The position numbers and the translations under genes are program-made. DNA of 26,781 nt from Betaproteobacteria bacterium (lineage in GTDB: Bacteria; Pseudomonadota; Gammaproteobacteria; Burkholderiales; Burkholderiaceae_C): NCBI GenBank assembly GCA_005884255.1, contig VBDL01000058.1:1-26781 (forward strand), written 5' to 3'. Positions within the stretch are counted from its first letter, which is position 1. Every line of letters starts with the position of its first letter. Of this stretch, positions 21,271-26,781 are shown piece after piece. The notes beneath the pieces were generated by a model. That model was given only the letters and a program-made list of their open reading frames with translations, ran no database searches and was not told the origin of the DNA.

Positions 21271-23679
21271 GTGAAGAAGACGCGTTCCAAGCAGGAAGAA
21301 ATGGAACGCCTCGGCCGCGCGCTGCGCACGCTGAGCGGGAGCAACCGTGCGCTGCTGCGGGCCGATGACGAGCCGTCGCTGCTGCGCGAGATCTGCCGCG
21401 TGGTGGTCGAGGAGGGCGGGTACTACTCGGCTTTGGTGGGCCGCGCGGAACACGACGAGCGCAAGACGATCACGCCATTGGCCATGGTCGGCGACAAGAC
21501 AGGACCTCCCGAACCGAGCACCTTCACCTGGGCCGACACCGAGCAGGGCCAAAGTGCCACCGGAATCGCGATTCGGACCGGTGAACCCTGCGTCATCAGC
21601 GACATCTCCGCAACGTCCTACCCGGAGCCCTGGCGCGAACGCGCCCGCCAGCGCGGTGTTGGATCGCTGTTGTCATTGCCGCTTCGACTCGATGGCAAAG
21701 TATTCGGTGCCCTGACCATTGCCGCCCCGGAGCCGGACGCCTTCGAAGAACAAGAACGGCAGGTACTCCTCGAGGCGGCGGACGATCTCGCGTTCGGTCT
21801 GGACACCTTGCGCCTGCGGCACAGGCGCCAGCAGGCGGAAGCCGAGATCCTGCGGTTGAACCGCGCCCTGCGCACCCGCACGGCCGTCAACCGCGCCCTC
21901 GCGCGCGCCTCGGACGAGAGCTCGCTGCTGCAGGAGATCTGCCGCGTGGCGGTGGACGACTGCGGCTATCGCCTGGCCTGGGTCGGCTATCTCGAGCCCG
22001 ACGAAGCGAGGACGAATCGGCCGGTGGCTTACGCGGGCTTCGACGACGGCTTTCTGGCGTTGCCGCGCAATTGGTCGGCGTCCGAGCGCGGCCGCCGGGT
22101 GTACGCACTCCTCGAGGTCAACCAGCCTGCGGTGACGCGCGACGTGGTCAACGACCCCGACTACCCCTTCCGCGAGGAGGCGCGGCAGCGCGGATACGCG
22201 TCGGTGGTCGTGCTCCCGCTGCGCGTCGATGGCGGGCTGGTCGGGTCGCTGCACATCCTGGCCGCGGAGGCGGACGCGTTCGATGAGCAGGAGGTCGAGC
22301 TGCTGATGGCCACCGCGGGCGACCTCGGCTACGGCCTGGGCGGCTTGCGCGCCCGCGCCCAGGCGGCCGCCGCCGAAGAAACCATCAGGCGCATGGCCTA
22401 TTTCGATGCCGTCACCGGGCTGCCGAACCGCGTGCGCCTGCGCGACCTGCTGGGCGAGGCGATCGTTGCCGCGAAGGACGCCCGGCGGCCGCTGGCGCTG
22501 TTGCGCGTCGAGGTTGAACGCTTCCGCGAGATCAACGAGACGCTGGGCGATGCCGAGGTCGACACGCTGATGCGCGAGATCGCGGCGCGGCTGACGCGCA
22601 CTGTCGGCGACGCGGGCACGGTGGCGCGCATGACCGAAAGCGAGTTCGCCGTGATCCTGCCGCGCGGCAGCTCGGAGCGGGCGACGCAGCTCGCGCAGCG
22701 CATCCTCGCGGTGCTCTACGAGCCGATCGAGCTGTCCGGCCTGCTGCTCGACGCACGATCGAGCATCGGCATCAGCCTCTTTCCCGGGCACGGCAGCGAG
22801 GCCGACGCGCTCATGCGACGGGCCAGCATCGCGCTCGACCAGGCCCGCGCGTCGGGCAACGCGGTCGCGCTGTTCAAGGGCGGGCTCGATCGCGAGTGCG
22901 CGCAGCGCCTGTCGCTGATGGGTGAGCTGCGCGGTGCGATCGAGCGCGACGAGCTGCTGCTGTATTGCCAGCCCAAGCTGCAGATCTCGTCCGGGCGGGT
23001 GTGCGGGGCCGAGGCGCTGGTGCGCTGGCAGCATCCCCGGCTGGGCGTGATGAACCCCGGCGAGTTCATCAAGCTCGCGGAGAGCACCGGGCTGATCACG
23101 CCGCTCACCTACTGGATGCTCGAGGCGGCGCTGCGCCAGAGCTACCTGTGGCACGAGCACGGCCTCGCGCAACCGCTGTCGGTCAACCTCTCGGTGCGCG
23201 ATCTGCGCGATCCGAAGCTGCTGGAGCGCATCGCCGGCGCGCTGGACACCTGGGGCGCGCAAGCGGGCTGGATCGAGTTCGAGCTGACCGAAAGCGCGCT
23301 GATGGCGGACCCGGTCGGCGCGCTGGACACGCTGACGCGCCTGAAGCGGCTGGACGTGCAGCTGGCGATCGACGACTACGGCACCGGCTACTCGTCGCTG
23401 TCGTACCTGCAGAGGCTGCCGGTGGACGCGATCAAGATCGATCAGTCGTTCGTCGCCGACATGATGAGCAACAAGGACTCGGCCACCATCGTGCGCTCGA
23501 CGATCGAGCTCGCTCATAACCTGGACCTCACCGTGATCGCCGAAGGTGTCGAGGATCAGGGCACCTACGACCGCCTCGCCGCGCTGGGCTGCGACATGGC
23601 ACAGGGCTATTGCATCAGCCGGCCGATCCCGGCGGATCAATTCCAGGCCTGGGAGGCGGAACCGGCGCGACACCACTAG
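21271..23679 (+). CDS. GAF-GAF-GGDEF(degenerate)-EAL protein; probable c-di-GMP phosphodiesterase
   Basis: AGAGG then GTG 21271 (alternative ATG 21301). Two similar GAF repeats, YFDAVTGLPNR, GGDEF position reads TESEF. Intact EALVRW, ELTES, DDYGTGYSSL, KIDQSF and AEGVE. Confidence 0.92.
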   Translation: MKKTRSKQEEMERLGRALRTLSGSNRALLRADDEPSLLREICRVVVEEGGYYSALVGRAEHDERKTITPLAMVGDKTGPPEPSTFTWADTEQGQSATGIAIRTGEPCVISDISATSYPEPWRERARQRGVGSLLSLPLRLDGKVFGALTIAAPEPDAFEEQERQVLLEAADDLAFGLDTLRLRHRRQQAEAEILRLNRALRTRTAVNRALARASDESSLLQEICRVAVDDCGYRLAWVGYLEPDEARTNRPVAYAGFDDGFLALPRNWSASERGRRVYALLEVNQPAVTRDVVNDPDYPFREEARQRGYASVVVLPLRVDGGLVGSLHILAAEADAFDEQEVELLMATAGDLGYGLGGLRARAQAAAAEETIRRMAYFDAVTGLPNRVRLRDLLGEAIVAAKDARRPLALLRVEVERFREINETLGDAEVDTLMREIAARLTRTVGDAGTVARMTESEFAVILPRGSSERATQLAQRILAVLYEPIELSGLLLDARSSIGISLFPGHGSEADALMRRASIALDQARASGNAVALFKGGLDRECAQRLSLMGELRGAIERDELLLYCQPKLQISSGRVCGAEALVRWQHPRLGVMNPGEFIKLAESTGLITPLTYWMLEAALRQSYLWHEHGLAQPLSVNLSVRDLRDPKLLERIAGALDTWGAQAGWIEFELTESALMADPVGALDTLTRLKRLDVQLAIDDYGTGYSSLSYLQRLPVDAIKIDQSFVADMMSNKDSATIVRSTIELAHNLDLTVIAEGVEDQGTYDRLAALGCDMAQGYCISRPIPADQFQAWEAEPARHH

Positions 23680-23722
23680 GGTCACTCGCGTCCAGTTTCA
23701 TCGACCTCAGCGCAACAGCCTC

Positions 23723-24331
23723 ACGTCGCATCGGCTTCGCATCGCGCTCAACCTGAAGGGCCTGCAGTACGAGCAGGTTGCCGTGGACCTGCGCAGGGAA
23801 GAGCACCTGGGTGAGGCCTACAAGGCCATCAATGCCCAGCAACTCGTCCCTGCGCTGGACGTTGACGGGACAGTGATGGTGCAGTCCCCGGCAATCATTG
23901 AATGGCTCGAAGAGCGGTATCCCGAACCGCGGCTGCTTCCAGCAGATCCGCAGGAGCGGGCGCGCGTGCGGGCGCTGGCGGCGATCGTCGGCTGCGACAT
24001 CCATCCCGTGAACAACCGGCGCATCCTGGAGGCGCTGCGGCATCGCTTCGGCGCGGACACGTCGGCGGTGAACGACTGGTGTGGCACGTGGATCAGCGCC
24101 GGTTTCGATGCGTTCGACGCGCTGGCCCGGTCGCACGGGCGTCCGGGCCCATTCGCGTTCGGCGAGCAGCCGACGCTGGCCGATGTCTACCTCGTGCCCC
24201 AGATCGAGAGCGCGCGGCGCTTCAAGATCGACCTCGCGCGCTGGCCGCGGTTGCTGGAGATCGACGAGGCGTGCGGGCAGATGGAGGCGTTCCGGAAAGC
24301 CGCGCCGGCCGTGCAACCCGACGCGTCCTGA
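23723..24331 (+). pseudogene. maiA: Zeta-class GST, maleylpyruvate/maleylacetoacetate isomerase (NagL/MaiA-like), lacking its 5' end
   Basis: TSHRLRIALNLKG...LVPAL...QSPAIIEWLEE...GCDIHP...LADVYLVPQ closely resembles NagL as I recall it. No in-frame ATG/GTG/TTG between the upstream gene's stop (23679) and this point. Confidence 0.82.
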
Positions 24332-24410
24332 CGGCCCCGAGTATTCGTCACGCGGCCCGCGCGAACGCGGCGGGCCACCCAAGCGCTTCTTCATTCCAGA
24401 GGATTCAGCC

Positions 24411-25397
24411 ATGAAAGCGGCCTGGTACGAAACTCAAGGTGCACCACACGACGTCCTCGTGGTCGGGGACATGCCGGATCCGCAGCCGGGTGCGGGCGAG
24501 GTGCGCATCCGCATCGCGGCGTCCGGCATCAACCCGGGCGACCTCAAGAAGCGTGAGGATGCCTTCGGCATCGGCATGTCGTATGCGCGCGTGATTCCCC
24601 ACAGCGACGGTGCGGGCGTGATCGATGCCGTCGGCGAGGGCGTGTCGAGAGACCGTATCGGCGAGCGTGTCTGGTGCTACGGCGCGCAAAGCTATCGTCC
24701 CTTCGGAACGGCCGCGGAGTTCACGGTGGTGCCTGCGCATCACGCCATACGGCTTCCCGACGATGTCGGCTTCGAACAAGGGGCCTGCCTGGGCATTCCC
24801 GGCATCACGGCGCATCGGGCCGTGCACGCCGGGGGGCCGGTGGTCGACCAAACCGTGCTGGTGCAGGGCGGCGCGGGCTCGGTGGGCGCATTCGCGGTGG
24901 GGCTCGCCCGGCGTGCCGGCGCTCGTGTCATCGCGACCGTGCGGTCGACGGTGGATGAAGAAGTCGCCGCGAACGCAGGAGCGCACCACGTGGTCCGCAT
25001 GGATGGTCGTCCCGCGTGGCAGATCGTCGCGGATATCCGCCGCTACGCACCGGAAGGCGTGCATCACTTGGTCGAGGTGGCGTTCGGCGCCAACATCGAT
25101 CTCGACATGAACGTTATCGCTGTCGGCGGCTCGATCGCTGCCTATGCCACCGACGATCCGCGCCCAAGCATTCCCTTCTGGGACCTGCTCTTCAAGAACG
25201 CGAGGCTCTTGCTGCTGGGCAGCGACGACTTTCCCGCCGCCGCGAAGCTCGAGGCTGCTGCTGCGGTGACCGACCTTGTCGCGAGCGGCTGGCGTGGGCT
25301 CGCGATCGACAAGACCTTTGCGCTGTCCGACATCGCAGAGGCGCATTCGTACGCCGAGCGCAAGCGAGCGCCGGGACGCGTCGTGCTGACCGTCTGA
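24411..25397 (+). CDS. NADPH:quinone oxidoreductase (zeta-crystallin-like MDR)
   Basis: GAGG then ATG 24411: MKAAWYETQG...GINPGD...PHSDGAG...VLVQGGAGSVG...GRVVLTV. Confidence 0.9.
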   Translation: MKAAWYETQGAPHDVLVVGDMPDPQPGAGEVRIRIAASGINPGDLKKREDAFGIGMSYARVIPHSDGAGVIDAVGEGVSRDRIGERVWCYGAQSYRPFGTAAEFTVVPAHHAIRLPDDVGFEQGACLGIPGITAHRAVHAGGPVVDQTVLVQGGAGSVGAFAVGLARRAGARVIATVRSTVDEEVAANAGAHHVVRMDGRPAWQIVADIRRYAPEGVHHLVEVAFGANIDLDMNVIAVGGSIAAYATDDPRPSIPFWDLLFKNARLLLLGSDDFPAAAKLEAAAAVTDLVASGWRGLAIDKTFALSDIAEAHSYAERKRAPGRVVLTV

Positions 25398-25418
25398 GTG
25401 CCGCTGGCTCGAATGGAA

Positions 25419-25772
25419 TCAGCCCCCGACGACACGGACGGCGTCGTAGCCGAGGTGATGCATGGTCTCGCGCAGGATCAGCAGCGCCGCCGCGACGTCG
25501 GCTCCATCGCGTTCGAGGCCTGGCAGCGCGCGCAGCAGCGTGCTCGACGTGACGATCGTGCCACGCGGTGCCTGCGGCAGGCCTGTGCGCAGCAGCGCCT
25601 CCTCGACGACGTCGATCGCCTGCTCCACCTCGAGCGCCGTCGGCGGGTCATGGCGGAGACAGTCGCTGGCAATGCTGCGCGGGCCGAGAGGCAGCACCAC
25701 CACGGCGTCGGGTCCGAGCTCGAGCCAGGTTTGCCGTGCCTCCAGGCAAAGCCGCGTGCTGCCGGCACTCAT
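25419..25772 (-). CDS. Hypothetical protein resembling the C-terminal part of Ppx/GppA; probably internally deleted
   Basis: LPLGPRSIASDCLRHDPPTALEVEQAIDVVEE...AALLILRETMHHLGYD. The start is uncertain (25772, or 25826-25835). Confidence 0.55.
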   Translation of the reverse strand: MSAGSTRLCLEARQTWLELGPDAVVVLPLGPRSIASDCLRHDPPTALEVEQAIDVVEEALLRTGLPQAPRGTIVTSSTLLRALPGLERDGADVAAALLILRETMHHLGYDAVRVVGG

Positions 25773-25852
25773 GGGCCGGCGCCGTCCAGGAGATTCGCCC
25801 CGCTGGAGGGTCACCGCGTCTTGCATCATCCTCATTGATTGCAACCGGTGGG

Positions 25853-26413
25853 CTACTTGGCGCCCAGACCGATCTGGTTCATGAAGTCCTGGTTGTCCCA
25901 GAACAGCCATTCGTGATCCATCACGCCGTTTTTCCAGTGTCCGATCGTCACCATGCCGATCGCGAAGCGCTTGCCGGTCGGCGGGACCGACTTGCCGTCG
26001 GGCAGCGGCATCGGCTGCGTGAACGTGCCGGTCATCACGCCCGTCACCGAGGTCCATGTGCCGGAGCCGAAGCGGATCGGGTGAGTCTTGATCTTGATGT
26101 CGGGCGCGAACACGAACAGCGCCTTCAGGTCGTCGATGTGCTTGTCGATTCCCGTGGTCTCGTGACCGTCCGGCCAGGTGACGACGATGTCCTTGGCGTG
26201 GCTTTCGTGCAGGCGATCCCACTTCTGATTGCTGAAGACATCGAAGTCGAGCGTGTCGAAGACCTTCAGGTTCTTCTCGACCTTGGGCGCCTGGCGTTCA
26301 GGCTTCGGCGGCGGGGTCGTGGGGTTCTCCGCCGGCGTTTGCGCGGAGCTGGCGGTGTAGGCGAAGCCGAGGGTGGCCAACAGTGCGGTGGCGAGGGTAG
26401 TGCGTGCTTTCAT
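25853..26413 (-). CDS. Secreted SnoaL-like/ester cyclase family protein (NTF2 fold)
   Basis: AAGGAG SD favours ATG 26413 over 26419. Signal peptide, Pro-rich linker, then FDTLDFDVFSNQKWDRL...PPTGKRF...EWLFWDN. Confidence 0.82.
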   Translation of the reverse strand: MKARTTLATALLATLGFAYTASSAQTPAENPTTPPPKPERQAPKVEKNLKVFDTLDFDVFSNQKWDRLHESHAKDIVVTWPDGHETTGIDKHIDDLKALFVFAPDIKIKTHPIRFGSGTWTSVTGVMTGTFTQPMPLPDGKSVPPTGKRFAIGMVTIGHWKNGVMDHEWLFWDNQDFMNQIGLGAK

Positions 26414-26446
26414 GATCATCTCCTTGCGGGTGTTCGGCCGATGGGC

Positions 26447-26781
26447 TCAAGCCTTGCGGATCCAGGTAGGTGCGATGCCGGTGCCCAGCCCCGCGCCGTA
26501 GCCGAGGTAGATGTTCAGCCCCGCCAGCGGCTCGAGATAGCGCGCGTTCTTCAGGCCGCCCGCATCGACGACCGTGAAACCCATGCTCTGCGCGATGGCG
26601 GTGGCGGTCTGCTTCGCCCGGGCGCTGTCCGCGGCGACGAACCCGCTGACCTTCTGCCCTTTGCCCAAGTCGGCGCCCTCGGCGAGCACCTGAGCGAACA
26701 CGGTGTTGAAGGCCTTGACCACTTCGGCGCCGGGCACTGCCTTGGCAATCTCTTCGGCCGCCGAAGTGCTGTGGCCGATCG
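26447..26781 (-). CDS. NADP oxidoreductase (F420-dependent NADP reductase-like, COG2085); C-terminal part only
   Basis: Open to the window edge: HSTSAAEEIAKAVPGAEVVKAFNTVFAQ...GFTVVDAGGLKNARYLEPL. Confidence 0.85.
   Translation of the reverse strand, partial: IGHSTSAAEEIAKAVPGAEVVKAFNTVFAQVLAEGADLGKGQKVSGFVAADSARAKQTATAIAQSMGFTVVDAGGLKNARYLEPLAGLNIYLGYGAGLGTGIAPTWIRKA

Overview
High-GC window, probably from a betaproteobacterium (Burkholderiales-like; inferred from protein style). Bases 1-20.8 kb form one organosulfonate catabolism supercluster. It contains the taurine genes tauR, tauXY (taurine dehydrogenase), sorAB (sulfite dehydrogenase plus cytochrome c), a divergent tauABC and a TauE-type exporter. 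Directly downstream on the minus strand is an operon with a 5-component Dpp/Opp-type ABC importer, a CodA-like deaminase, a DMT remnant, an amidohydrolase-3, a COG0523 metallochaperone, a LysR regulator and a second paralogous binding protein. This last set matches the N-acetyltaurine (naa) gene complement, with extra parts. Three promoters (tauA, tauX and the Dpp operon) share one architecture: two TGG-N4-A boxes 23 bp apart and a -10-like hexamer exactly 30 bp after the start of the second box. This ties the Dpp/amidohydrolase operon to TauR. Bases 20.8-26.8 kb are an accessory mosaic: a PilZ protein, a GAF-GAF-degenerate GGDEF-EAL protein, a 5'-truncated maleylpyruvate/maleylacetoacetate isomerase, a quinone oxidoreductase, a Ppx-like hypothetical, a secreted SnoaL-like protein and a partial NADP oxidoreductase. 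Up to seven genes carry apparent block deletions, which are either real decay or assembly artefacts. No rRNA, tRNA, CRISPR array or transposase was seen. Family assignments come from motif recognition and recall, not from database searches.
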